Assembly: GCA_964244305.1 (NCBI GenBank)
Contig: CAXTJW010000001.1
Coordinates: 1 to 50,143 of the forward strand
Length of the DNA: 50,143 nt
Reading direction: 5' to 3'
From: an uncultured Acetobacteraceae bacterium
GTDB lineage: Bacteria; Pseudomonadota; Alphaproteobacteria; Acetobacterales; Acetobacteraceae
Shown: piece after piece, positions 9,282 through 18,835 of the stretch
Layout of the letters: each line of letters begins with the position of its first letter
How positions within the stretch are numbered: the first letter of the stretch is position 1
Translations under genes and position numbers: made by a program
The notes under the pieces: generated by a model
Told to the model about the DNA's origin: nothing
What the model saw: the letters and a program-made list of their open reading frames with translations, nothing else
Databases searched by the model: none

Positions 9282-10502
9282 ATGCAGCACGACCTTCCCA
9301 TCCTGATCGCCGGCGGCGGCATCGGCGGCCTGGCGGCGGCGCTTGGCCTGGCGCAGCGCGGCTTCGCCGTGACGGTGCTGGAGCGGGCGGACACCCTGGG
9401 GGAGATCGGCGCCGGCATCCAGCTTGGCCCCAACGCCTTCCACGCCTTCGATTACCTCGGCATCGGAGACACGGCGCGGGCGATGGCGGTCTATGTGGAC
9501 CGGCTGCGCCTGATGGACGCGGTGACGGCGGAGGACATCTGCAGCATCGACCTGACCGGGCCGTTCCGCCAGCGCTTCGGCAACCCCTATGCCGTGGTGC
9601 ATCGGGGCGACCTGCACGGCGTGTTCCTGCGGGCATGCCAGGCCGAGCCGCTCATCACGCTCCGCACGGGCTGCGGCGTCACGGGCTATGAGCAGGACGG
9701 CAGCATCGTGCATGCAACGTTGGCGGCGGGCGGGCGCGTGGCCGGGTCGGTGCTGATCGGCGCGGACGGCTTGTGGTCCCGCGTCCGCCAGCAGGTCGTG
9801 GGCGATGGCCCGCCGCGGGTGACGGGGCACACGACCTACCGCTCCGTGATCCCGACCGAGCAGATGCCCGAGGACCTGCGCTGGAACGCCGCGACGCTGT
9901 GGGCCGGTCCGAAGTGCCACATCGTCCATTACCCGCTGTCCGGCTGGAAGGTGTTCAACCTCGTCGTCACCTACCACAATCATGCGCCGGAGCCTGTGGC
10001 GGGCAAGCCGGTGGGGATGGCGGAGGTGGAGGCCGGGTTCGCGCACATCCATCCGCGCGCGCGGGACATCATCAGCCACGGCCGCGACTGGAAGATGTGG
10101 GTGCTGTGCGACCGCGACCCCGTCGAGAACTGGGTGGACGGACGCGTCGCCGTGCTGGGGGACGCCGCGCATCCCACGCTGCAATACATGGCCCAGGGCG
10201 CCTGCATGGCGATGGAGGACGCGGTGTGCCTGTCGCACGAAATGGCCGCCCGCCCCGGCGATCCCGAGGCCGCGCTGGAAGCCTATCGCCGGCAGCGCGT
10301 GCTGCGGACGGCCCGCGTCCAGCTCATGTCCCGCGCCATCGGCGACCACGTCTATCATCCAGCAGGCGCGCACGCGGCGCTGCGGAACCAGGTGATGCGG
10401 GCGAAGTCGAACGAGGACTGGTATGACACCCTAGCCTGGATCTACGGCGGCACCGGGCTGAGCGAGGGCACGGCAGGCCGCCAGTCCGCCATCGCGGCAT
10501 GA
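9282..10502 (+). CDS. 3-hydroxybenzoate 6-monooxygenase (group A flavoprotein)
   Basis: GGGIGG, GAGIQLGPNA, GADG, GDAAHPTLQYMAQGACMA; adjacent to gtdA. Confidence 0.88.
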   Translation: MQHDLPILIAGGGIGGLAAALGLAQRGFAVTVLERADTLGEIGAGIQLGPNAFHAFDYLGIGDTARAMAVYVDRLRLMDAVTAEDICSIDLTGPFRQRFGNPYAVVHRGDLHGVFLRACQAEPLITLRTGCGVTGYEQDGSIVHATLAAGGRVAGSVLIGADGLWSRVRQQVVGDGPPRVTGHTTYRSVIPTEQMPEDLRWNAATLWAGPKCHIVHYPLSGWKVFNLVVTYHNHAPEPVAGKPVGMAEVEAGFAHIHPRARDIISHGRDWKMWVLCDRDPVENWVDGRVAVLGDAAHPTLQYMAQGACMAMEDAVCLSHEMAARPGDPEAALEAYRRQRVLRTARVQLMSRAIGDHVYHPAGAHAALRNQVMRAKSNEDWYDTLAWIYGGTGLSEGTAGRQSAIAA

Positions 10503-10619
10503 CCCGGGGTGCCGGGTGAGGCCCGGCATCCGTTGGATCTGACCGGCCTGTCATCGTTTCTGCTCACCGCGCAGGCGTCCGGGGTGAACCACCGTCGACG
10601 TGGCGGCTGGCTGCTCCTG

Positions 10620-10718
10620 CTCCGCCGCCATCGAGTGCCCGCCACCCAGTAACGGACCGCCAGCACCCGGGCCTTTCAGGTTTGCACCGGGATCACCGGC
10701 GTCGGCCGCTTCGGCATG
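10620..10718 (+). mobile_element. Degenerate 3' end of an IS6-family transposase
   Basis: Frame reads LRRHRVPATQ*RTASTRAFQVCTGITGV, resembling alphaproteobacterial IS6 transposase C-termini (from memory); internal stop. Confidence 0.45.
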
Positions 10719-11043
10719 GCTGCGAGCCTGCCACCCTGATCGCACAGGATGCGTCCTTGCCCCAGGCGGCTCGCCTGGGCAGCCCGGCATAATATCTGCT
10801 GCGGAAACTGTCGCACTGGCAATACTTGTGTTGACAAGAGTTATGGCAGGTTTCAGTCTCCTGCATCGGCGCAAGCCAAGCCGAAGACCGGCCATCAAGC
10901 CGATCTGACTTAGGTCCCCCCTGATCGCCAACCGTGACGGGGCCGGACAGTGTTCGCCGACGGTTCAGCATCCGAGCGTTCGGGCAGGACCGCAAAAAGC
11001 ACAAGTGAAATTAAAGGTTTCCGGCAAACGGGGACCGGGGGGA

Positions 11044-12264
11044 ATGGACATGGCCACAGTTGCAGAATTGCGCCCTGCGTACGCCAAGGCCGGTCTTCTC
11101 ACGCTGGGCGCCTTCGCTCTGGCCCTGGCCGCAGCAGCGCCCGCGCGAGCGGCGGATGAGATCGTGCTCGGCGCGTCGCTGCCGCTCAGCGGGCCGCTCG
11201 CTGGGTTCGGCAGCTTCCAGCAATGGGGCTACAAGCGCGCGGTCGAGGAAACCAACAAGGCCGGCGGCATCGTCGTGAACGGCAAGGCGCTGCCGGTCCG
11301 CCTGGTTCTGCGGGACGACAAGACCGACCCGAACACCTCGGCCAGCAACATCGAGACCTTGATCTCCCGCGACGGCGCCGTCGCCGTGCTGGGGTCCTGC
11401 ACGACGCCGCTGGTGGTGGCCGGGGCGCTGGTGGCCGAGCGGCACAAGATACCGATGGTCACCGCATGCGAACCATTGCAGACCTTCCGCGGCGTCCGCT
11501 CCTGGACCTATGTCTGGGACCTGTTCTTCGACGAGCCGGACCTGGCCCATGCCCCGTTCGGCGTGCTGCAGGACCTGGCGCTGACCACCAACAGGCGCGT
11601 CGCGATCCTCCATGACAACGGCCCCGACGGCAAGGTGGTCGGCGGCCAGGTCTGGCCCGCGATGGCCAAGGAGGCCGGGCTGGAGGTGGTGCAGGTCGCC
11701 GCTTTCCCCGCCGACAACACCCAGTTCACCTCCATCATCGCCGAGGCCAAGGCCAAGGACGCCGAGATCATCCTGATCGACGTGATCACCCCCCAAGCCA
11801 TCGCCATCCGCAAGCAGATGGCCGCCGCCGGCTACACCCCGAAGTTCATCGACATCGAGCGCGGGGCCGAGCCGGCCGGGTTCGCGGCAGCACTCGGCAA
11901 GCTCGCCGACGGCGTGGTGGGCGGCGGCTATTGGGACGCGAGCTTCCCGTTCCCCGGCGCGGCCGGCCTGGCCAAGTCGTTCGAGGCCGAGACGAACCAG
12001 AGCAGCTCGCAGCACATCGCCGATAGCTACGCCGTCGCGGTGGTGATGCTGGATGCGATCCGCGCCGCCGCATCGGCCGACCCGGCCGCGATCAACGCCG
12101 CCCTGGCCAAGACGGACATCATGACGGTCGTCGGCCCCATCCGGTTCGACAGCACGCACACGGCGAAGCTGCCGATGGTGTCGGTGCAATGGCAGGGCGG
12201 CAAGACCGTGGTGATCTGGCCCGGCGACAAGGCGACAGGCAAGGTCCTGTTCCCGGTGCCATGA
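11044..12264 (+). CDS. LivK-like (HAAT family) periplasmic binding protein
   Basis: Signal peptide ending APARAA; LGASLPLSG, AGGI, DDKTDP motifs. Confidence 0.9.
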   Translation: MDMATVAELRPAYAKAGLLTLGAFALALAAAAPARAADEIVLGASLPLSGPLAGFGSFQQWGYKRAVEETNKAGGIVVNGKALPVRLVLRDDKTDPNTSASNIETLISRDGAVAVLGSCTTPLVVAGALVAERHKIPMVTACEPLQTFRGVRSWTYVWDLFFDEPDLAHAPFGVLQDLALTTNRRVAILHDNGPDGKVVGGQVWPAMAKEAGLEVVQVAAFPADNTQFTSIIAEAKAKDAEIILIDVITPQAIAIRKQMAAAGYTPKFIDIERGAEPAGFAAALGKLADGVVGGGYWDASFPFPGAAGLAKSFEAETNQSSSQHIADSYAVAVVMLDAIRAAASADPAAINAALAKTDIMTVVGPIRFDSTHTAKLPMVSVQWQGGKTVVIWPGDKATGKVLFPVP

Positions 12265-12289
12265 CGCGGCGGGTGCGGGCAGGCGCGTC

Positions 12290-13162
12290 ATGCCGGGCCT
12301 AGACTTGATCGCCAGCAGCCTGGCATCCGGCTTCTTCCTGGGCGGCATCCTGGCGCTGACGGCGCTGGGATTGTCCCTCGTGCTGGGCGTGATGGGCCTG
12401 GTGAACCTTGCGCACGGCGAGTTCCTGGTGGGCGGCGGCTATGCGGCGCTGTTCCTATTGCAATGGACCGGCATCGACCCCTTGGCGGGCCTGCTGCTGG
12501 TCGGTGCGTTCCTGGCGGCCGTCACCTATCCGGTGCAGCGCTTCCTGCTGGCGCCGCTGGCTGGGAAGGGCCTGGAGGCGCCGCTGCTGACGATGTTCGC
12601 GGTGTCGGCCATCCTGCAGAACCTGTTCGTGGCCGGGTTCAGCGCGGACACGCGCTCCATCGAGCGGGACTACGCCAACGCGCCGCTGCACCTGGGTCCG
12701 GTGACGGTGGCGCAGATCTACGTCATCGGGTTCGCCATATCCGTGGTGCTGATCGGGCTGGTTCACCTGCTGGTGGCGCACACCGCGTTCGGGCGGGACC
12801 TGCGGGCCAGTGCTGCGGACCCGCGGGCGGCGGCGGCGCTGGGGGTGAACGTGCGCCGGGTCCACGCGCTGACGTTCGCGCTGGGGGCGGCGTGCGCCGG
12901 CATGGGGGGCACGCTGATCGGCATCGCGTTCGCCTTCACGCCCAGCAGCGGGGCGACCTATCTGCTGATCGACTTCGCCATCGTGGTGATCGGCGGCCTC
13001 GGCAGCATTGCCGGCACCTTGATGGGCGGCGTGGCCATCGGAGTGCTGCAAAGCATCGGCGGCGTGCTGCTCGGCGACGGTTACCGCGACCTGTTGGCGC
13101 TGGTGGCATTCCTCGTGGTGCTGGCGGTCCGGCCGACTGGCCTGGCCGGAGCGCGCGCATGA
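12290..13162 (+). CDS. LivH-like ABC permease
   Basis: GLSLVLGVMGLVNLAHG, FGRDLRA, VIGGLGS. Confidence 0.92.
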   Translation: MPGLDLIASSLASGFFLGGILALTALGLSLVLGVMGLVNLAHGEFLVGGGYAALFLLQWTGIDPLAGLLLVGAFLAAVTYPVQRFLLAPLAGKGLEAPLLTMFAVSAILQNLFVAGFSADTRSIERDYANAPLHLGPVTVAQIYVIGFAISVVLIGLVHLLVAHTAFGRDLRASAADPRAAAALGVNVRRVHALTFALGAACAGMGGTLIGIAFAFTPSSGATYLLIDFAIVVIGGLGSIAGTLMGGVAIGVLQSIGGVLLGDGYRDLLALVAFLVVLAVRPTGLAGARA

Positions 13163-14118
13163 GGGCGGCCAGCCTGCCGGTTACACCCGCCGGGCGCCGG
13201 TTCGCATCGCTCTGGCCCGCTCTGGCCGCGGTCTCCGCGGTGCTGGCGTTGGCGGCCCCGCCCTTCATGGGCGAGTATGCGCTGCAGATCGGCTTCCGCC
13301 TGCTGATCCTGCTTGTCATCGCCGAGGCATGGAACCTGCTGGCGGGCTACACCGGGCTGGTTTCCCTGGGATCGGCCGCCTTCGTCGGCGCTGGCGGCTA
13401 CCTGGCTGTTGCCGGCATGAACCACCTGGGCCTGCCATTGGCGGCGGCGCTGGCGCTGTCCGGGCTGGGCGGAGCGGCGCTCGGCTTCGTCGTCTCCGGG
13501 GCGGTGTTCCGGATGCGCGGCCTATACTTCACCGTCGGCACCCTGGCGCTGGCGGAGGCGCTGCGGCTGTTCATGGTCAACGTGCCGACGTTCGGCGGCG
13601 CGGCCGGCATGTTCCTGGACCAGGACCCGGTGCCGGCGGGCGGGCTGTATCTGTATGCGCTGGGGCTGCTGGGTGTGACGACCGTTATCATGACGGCGGC
13701 GACGCAAACCCGCGTCTCCGTCATACTGCGCGCCGTCCGGGACGACGAGGACGCGGCGGCCGGGTTCGGCGTGCGCCCGTTCCGGGTCAAGCTGGCGGCA
13801 CTCATGCTGGCCGGGAGCATGATGGGAATGGCCGGCGGCCTGCAGGGCTACAAGCTCGGCGCGGTCGAGCCATACGGCATGTTCGGGCTGGGCTGGTCGG
13901 TGGACGCGCTGTCCATCGTGCTGATCGGCGGGCTGGGCCTGCGCCTTGGCCCGGCGGTGGGCGCGGTGTTTGTGGTGGGGTTGGGCGAGCTGCTGGCCGA
14001 CTACCCGGAGCTGCACATCGCGCTGACGGGCGTCATCCTGGTGGTGCTGATCCGCTTCGCACCCAAGGGGCTGTGCGGCCTGGCGTCCACCCTGCGGGCC
14101 CGGCGGCGCGCCGCATGA
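13159..14118 (+). CDS. LivM-like ABC permease
   Basis: WNLLAGYTGLVSLG, RMRGLYF, LRAVRDDEDAA; ATGA overlap. Confidence 0.92.
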   Translation: MRAASLPVTPAGRRFASLWPALAAVSAVLALAAPPFMGEYALQIGFRLLILLVIAEAWNLLAGYTGLVSLGSAAFVGAGGYLAVAGMNHLGLPLAAALALSGLGGAALGFVVSGAVFRMRGLYFTVGTLALAEALRLFMVNVPTFGGAAGMFLDQDPVPAGGLYLYALGLLGVTTVIMTAATQTRVSVILRAVRDDEDAAAGFGVRPFRVKLAALMLAGSMMGMAGGLQGYKLGAVEPYGMFGLGWSVDALSIVLIGGLGLRLGPAVGAVFVVGLGELLADYPELHIALTGVILVVLIRFAPKGLCGLASTLRARRRAA

Positions 14119-15668
14119 ACGCCGCCCCGTTCAAGGCGCCCCTGCCCGAGGCGCCCCTCCTCGCAGCAAAAGGCCTGGTGAAGCGTTACGGCGGCCTGGT
14201 CGCAACCGACCACTTGGACTTCTCGCTGGCGCTTGGCGAGGTCTGCGGCGTGATCGGGCCGAACGGCGCCGGGAAGTCCACCCTGGTCAGCCTGCTCGGC
14301 GGCGCGTTGCAGCCCAGCGAGGGCAGCATCCGCTTCGCCGGCCTGGACGTGACGCGGCTGCCAGCGCCGGAGCGCGCCCGCGCCGGCATCGGCCGGACCT
14401 ACCAGATCCCCCGCCCGTTCCTGGACATGAGCGTGCAGGAGAACCTGCAGGTCGCGCAGGTGGCGCTCGGCCCCACCCGGCCGCGGCGGGAGCTGCACGG
14501 GGAGCGCATGGACATCCTGCGGCAATGCGGCCTGGCCGACTGCGCCGACCTGCCCGCCCGCGGCCTGCCGCTGCTGCGCCGCAAGCGGCTGGAGGTGGCC
14601 CGCGCCCTGGCGCTCAAGCCCAAGCTGCTGCTGCTGGACGAGGTCGGGGCCGGGCTGGTGGACTCCGAGGTGACGGAGCTGATCGCGCTGATCCGCGCGG
14701 TCTCCGGACCCGAGCGCTCCATCGTCATCATCGAGCACGTGATCCGCGTCGTGAAGGAATGCTGCGCCCGGCTGGTGGTGCTGAACTTCGGCAAGCGCAT
14801 CGCCGAGGGCCGCACAGCCGACGTGCTCGCCGACGACACCGTCGCCGCGGTGTATCTCGGCACCGCACATGCCGCCGCCGCGCAGGGCATCGCCGCGCCG
14901 GCACAGGCCGCAGCACCCCTGGACCGCCTCGTATCCGCCGCTGCGCCGCGTCCCGGCCCCTTGCTGGAGCTGTGTGGCGTCAGCGCCGGATACGGCCAGG
15001 CGCGGGTGCTGCACAGCCTGGACCTGCAGGTGCGGCCCGGCGAGGTGGTGGCCGTGCTGGGCACCAACGGCGCCGGCAAGACCACGCTGGCCGAGACCAT
15101 CGCCGGCAGCGTGCGCCCGACCGCCGGGCGGCTGGTGTTCGACGGGGAGGACATTACCGCCCTGCCGCCGTATCTGCGCTCCGGCCGCGGCATCGCGCAC
15201 TGCATGGAGGGGAGGCGCATTTTCGCCCGGCTGTCCGTGGAGGAGAACCTGGCCATCGCCGCCCGCGGCTTGCCGGCAGCGGACAGGGCGGCACGGCTGG
15301 CGCAGGCGTATGCGCTGTTCCCGGACCTGCAGGAGCGGCGCGCGGCGGCCGGTACCGCGATGTCCGGCGGGCAGCAGCAGATGCTGGCCATCGCCCGCGC
15401 GCTGATGTCCCGCCCGCGCCTGGTGATCTTCGACGAGATCAGCCTGGGCCTGGCGCCGGTAGTGATGGACCGGCTGTATGCCGCGCTCGCCGCGCTTCGG
15501 TCGGCCGGGCTGACGATGCTGCTGATCGAGCAGGACGTGGACCGCGCGCTGGCGCTGGCCGACCAGGTGCACGTGCTGGAGCGCGGCGCCTTCGCGCTGT
15601 CAGGCGCGGCGGCGGACGTGCGCGCCGACCCACGGCTGCGGCACCTGTACATCGGCGAGCCGGAATGA
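14115..15668 (+). CDS. Fused LivG-LivF ABC ATPase (two nucleotide-binding domains)
   Basis: Two Walker A motifs (GPNGAGKST, GTNGAGKTT), LLLLDE and VIFDE, MSGGQQQ; Ala/Pro linker. Confidence 0.9.
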   Translation: MNAAPFKAPLPEAPLLAAKGLVKRYGGLVATDHLDFSLALGEVCGVIGPNGAGKSTLVSLLGGALQPSEGSIRFAGLDVTRLPAPERARAGIGRTYQIPRPFLDMSVQENLQVAQVALGPTRPRRELHGERMDILRQCGLADCADLPARGLPLLRRKRLEVARALALKPKLLLLDEVGAGLVDSEVTELIALIRAVSGPERSIVIIEHVIRVVKECCARLVVLNFGKRIAEGRTADVLADDTVAAVYLGTAHAAAAQGIAAPAQAAAPLDRLVSAAAPRPGPLLELCGVSAGYGQARVLHSLDLQVRPGEVVAVLGTNGAGKTTLAETIAGSVRPTAGRLVFDGEDITALPPYLRSGRGIAHCMEGRRIFARLSVEENLAIAARGLPAADRAARLAQAYALFPDLQERRAAAGTAMSGGQQQMLAIARALMSRPRLVIFDEISLGLAPVVMDRLYAALAALRSAGLTMLLIEQDVDRALALADQVHVLERGAFALSGAAADVRADPRLRHLYIGEPE

Positions 15669-15836
15669 CGTCCCCCTCGCCGGACATGCCTTGCAAAGCC
15701 AGCAGGCGACGCGGCCCAGCCCAGGAAGGGAGTGCAGAACCCTAGCAACTCGAATGCACCAGGGCCGGCACGGTCTCGGCGAATGTTTCCAATAATTAAT
15801 AATCAGCCATGACGGCATGGCAACAGAGAGAGAACG

Positions 15837-16760
15837 ATGATGAAGCGCTGCCTTAAGTTGCTGGGATGTCTTGCCGCATTCGGCGTTGTGTCCACAGCCA
15901 AGTCTTATGCGACGGAGGGTGGAAACAACCACTATCCACTGGGTGTCAACACGGTGCTCCCGGCGCTGCTGCCGCCGCCGAATGGCACCGAGTATTATAA
16001 TTACTTGCAATACTACAACTCGGGGGTTCTGGCTGGGCCGAATGGGAACAAGGTGGCGCCGGGCTTTCATGCGAACATCACCGCGGAGGTCGCCCGGGTC
16101 GTGCACTCCTGGCCAGTCCAGCTCGGTCCGTTCGGGATTTCGTCGGGCATCGTGCAGCCGGTCGTCAACGCCAGTATCCTCCTGCCGCGCTCGACCGGGT
16201 CCCAGGACCGGCTGGCGTTCGGCGACACCGTGCTGCAGCCGCTGTTCCTGACCTATAGCAACCCTGCCCACACGTTCTTCGCCTACTTCGGCCCGAGCAT
16301 CTATGTCCCGGACGGAGCGTACGACGTCCACCATGCCATCAATATCGGCCTGAACCACTGGGGATTCGCTCCGGATGCGGCGTTGACTTGGTTTCCAACC
16401 CCGCGCATCGCATTTTCATTGGAAACCGTGATCGAGTTCAACGCGCAGAACGACGCGACGAAATACAAAAGCGGCAATGCTTTCAGCTTCGAGTATGGGC
16501 TGGAGTATCAGCCGTTCGAGAACTACAAGCGGTTCCATGTCGGCATCAATGGCTATGGCTACCAGCAATTCACCGACGACACGGTGAACGGGCAGATATT
16601 CCGCAACGGCAACCGCGGGCGCACCTATGCCATCGGGCCGCAGTTTCGTTACGATTGGAAGCTTGGCGGCATCGCCATCAAGTATCAGCGGGAGTTCGCT
16701 GTCGAGAACCGGACCTCCGGGGACCGCTTCTGGATTCAGTTCGCAGTGCCGATCTTCTGA
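15837..16760 (+). CDS. Outer-membrane channel, SphA/Phenol_MetA_deg (COG4313) family
   Basis: Signal peptide then ATEGGxxHYPLG; PDGAYD..NIGLNHW; AIGPQ; C-terminal Phe. Confidence 0.85.
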   Translation: MMKRCLKLLGCLAAFGVVSTAKSYATEGGNNHYPLGVNTVLPALLPPPNGTEYYNYLQYYNSGVLAGPNGNKVAPGFHANITAEVARVVHSWPVQLGPFGISSGIVQPVVNASILLPRSTGSQDRLAFGDTVLQPLFLTYSNPAHTFFAYFGPSIYVPDGAYDVHHAINIGLNHWGFAPDAALTWFPTPRIAFSLETVIEFNAQNDATKYKSGNAFSFEYGLEYQPFENYKRFHVGINGYGYQQFTDDTVNGQIFRNGNRGRTYAIGPQFRYDWKLGGIAIKYQREFAVENRTSGDRFWIQFAVPIF

Positions 16761-16767
16761 TGCGGAG

Positions 16768-16793
16768 CGAGGAGCGGGCCGGCCCGCTCCTCG
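16768..16793. terminator. Perfect 26-bp palindrome between convergent genes (bidirectional terminator-like)
   Basis: CGAGGAGCGGGCCGGCCCGCTCCTCG is its own reverse complement; no U-tract. Confidence 0.6.
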
Positions 16794-16797
16794 ACCG

Positions 16798-17751
16798 TCA
16801 GGCGTCGCGGGCGATCCGCGTCCGCAGAGTGCCGACGCCGCCGACCTCGATCCGCACTTCGTCGCCGGGCTGCAGGAAGACGCCTTGGGCCATGCCGACG
16901 CCGGCCGGGGTGCCGGTGGCGATCACGTCGCCGGGCAGCAGGGTGACGCGGGTGCTGAGATGCGCGACCTGCTCGGCCATGCCGAAGATCAGGTTGCGGC
17001 TGTTCGAGTCCTGTTTCAGCTGGCCGTTGACCCACAGGCGCACGGACAGGTCGTGCAGGTCGGCGATGCCCTCCAGCGGCACGATCCAGGGTCCCATGGG
17101 CTTGGCGCCCTCGAAGCACTTCTGGCTCATCCAGTCCCAGTGGAACGGGGACCCCAGCGGCACGTCCGGCCGCGCCACCCAGTCGCGCGCCGACAGGTCG
17201 TTGACGATGGTCAGGCCCGCGACATGCGCCATCGCCTGATCCGCCGTCACGTTGCGCGCCCGGCGGCCCATGACGAGGGCGACCTCCGCCTCCCAGTCCA
17301 GCTTATTGGAATAGGCGGGGATGCCGACTGCGGCGCCGGGTCCGACGATGGAGTGGGCGGGCGTGGCGATGAAGTGCCAGGGCTTGTCGCCGTCCTTGCG
17401 CGGGCCATCGTCGGGCAGGCCGAGCACGCGCGCCATCTCCGCCACATGGTCGGTGTAGTTGGCGCCGGCACAGAACAGCGCGCGCGGATACAGGATCGGG
17501 GCCAGCAGCTGCATTTGGTCCAACGGGCCGACCGGGGCGCCGTCGAACGACGCCGCCGCCAGGCCGGAGCGCACTGTGTCCCACTCCTCCAAAGCCGCCA
17601 GCATCGTGGCCGGAGCGTCGCCGCCCAGCACGGCCTGCATGTCGTACAACATCCACGTGTCGCCGTAACCGGGCCGGGCCACGCCGGGGCGCGGCTGGCC
17701 CGTGTCCGGGGCGGCGTAGGTGACGAGGCGCAGGTGCCCGATCGGCGTCAC
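16798..17751 (-). CDS. Fumarylacetoacetate hydrolase (FAH)-family protein
   Basis: CAGANYTDH, LDWEAE, NDLSARD, QKCF, TGTPAGVG; GTG start overlaps the upstream TGA. Confidence 0.92.
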   Translation of the reverse strand: MTPIGHLRLVTYAAPDTGQPRPGVARPGYGDTWMLYDMQAVLGGDAPATMLAALEEWDTVRSGLAAASFDGAPVGPLDQMQLLAPILYPRALFCAGANYTDHVAEMARVLGLPDDGPRKDGDKPWHFIATPAHSIVGPGAAVGIPAYSNKLDWEAEVALVMGRRARNVTADQAMAHVAGLTIVNDLSARDWVARPDVPLGSPFHWDWMSQKCFEGAKPMGPWIVPLEGIADLHDLSVRLWVNGQLKQDSNSRNLIFGMAEQVAHLSTRVTLLPGDVIATGTPAGVGMAQGVFLQPGDEVRIEVGGVGTLRTRIARDA

Positions 17752-18194
17752 GCAGCCGACCCGAACACCCCATCGAACAGCCGGCCCGGGCGGTGGCAGA
17801 TCTCCCACCAGTTGCTGTCCATATCGCGCAGCAGGAAGCCGGTCTGGCTATCCTCGCGCGTCACGTCCCGCACTTCCTGCATCCCGTACTCGTCCTTGAG
17901 GCGGAGTGCGGCGGCGTGCGCCTCGTCCACTTCCGCGGCGGTCGCCATGTCCAGGCACCAGCGCACCGTGGGCGGCAAGGGCAGCATGGTCTCCCCCGTC
18001 ATCACGGCCGCGACCATCCAGCCGCCGCCGCAGCGCAGCCAGATCGCCATCTCGCCCCGCTGCACCGTCTCAAGACCGAGGAATTCGTTGTAGAAGCGGC
18101 GCGCGGCCACGAGGTCGCGGGTTTCGAGCGTGCCGTGCGACAGCGACAGCGTCAGGCTGCCGCTGGCCGGGACGGGCTGGGTCATGTCGTTCAT
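17748..18194 (-). CDS. VOC (glyoxalase/bleomycin-resistance) fold protein, subunit B
   Basis: RBS GGAGGA; LSHGTLE..DL..ARRFY..FLGLE and F..RDMDSNWWE VOC motifs. Confidence 0.85.
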   Translation of the reverse strand: MNDMTQPVPASGSLTLSLSHGTLETRDLVAARRFYNEFLGLETVQRGEMAIWLRCGGGWMVAAVMTGETMLPLPPTVRWCLDMATAAEVDEAHAAALRLKDEYGMQEVRDVTREDSQTGFLLRDMDSNWWEICHRPGRLFDGVFGSAA

Positions 18195-18273
18195 CGTGTG
18201 TCCTCCATGGCGCCCCGGCCTTCCCGGCCGGGGCTTGTGCGGATCAGGCGCTCTAGCAGAAAAAAGGCTGGTG

Positions 18274-18813
18274 CTAGTTGAAGCCGCCGTCGCCGCGGGC
18301 GAACACCTCGTCCGTCGCTTCGCCGGATGGGCGGCACTCGACTTCCCACCAATTGGAGTCGAAGTCCTGCAGGTAGAACGAGTAGGTGCCGTGCTGCATC
18401 CGCGGCTTGCGGACGGCGCGCAGGCCCAAGCTGTCCTTGTTGGCCGCGGCATAGGCGTGCACCCGGTCCACCTCGGCCGAGGAGGCGACGTCGATGCCCC
18501 AGTGCTTGAACAGGTTGGTGGTGACGGTGCCCTCGACCTGCTGCACGTCCATCACCCAGTAAGGGCCGCCGTTGCGATGGCGGAGGCGTGCCGGGTCGGT
18601 GTCGCGCACCATCATGCGCCCGCCCTCCATGCGCTTGCATTCCAGGCCCAGGAAGGTTTCGTAGAACGCCTGCGCGCGGTCGAGGTCGGCGGTCAGGATG
18701 GTGCCGCGCGACAAGATCAGCGGCTTCAGCACCGGGTTGGCGCTGCTGCGGGGGATGTCGGTGGGCAGGCTGGATGCTTGCGGGGCCGGCGGGGCGTCGA
18801 GAGTGGCGGACAT
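18274..18813 (-). CDS. VOC fold protein, subunit A (paralogue of 17748..18194)
   Basis: RBS AAGGAG; DLDRAQAFYETFLGLE, KHWGIDV, QHGTYSFYLQDFDSNWWE. Confidence 0.85.
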   Translation of the reverse strand: MSATLDAPPAPQASSLPTDIPRSSANPVLKPLILSRGTILTADLDRAQAFYETFLGLECKRMEGGRMMVRDTDPARLRHRNGGPYWVMDVQQVEGTVTTNLFKHWGIDVASSAEVDRVHAYAAANKDSLGLRAVRKPRMQHGTYSFYLQDFDSNWWEVECRPSGEATDEVFARGDGGFN

Positions 18814-18835
18814 GGCGTGCTCCTTGGTTGAGGGG

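Noticed and set aside
17748-18452. Long N-terminal extensions in the ORF track (also 2100, 2912, 4958, 13329, 23695, 25647, 43996 starts)
   Set aside because: Internal starts with an RBS or stop/start overlap match family lengths; the extensions overlap upstream genes.
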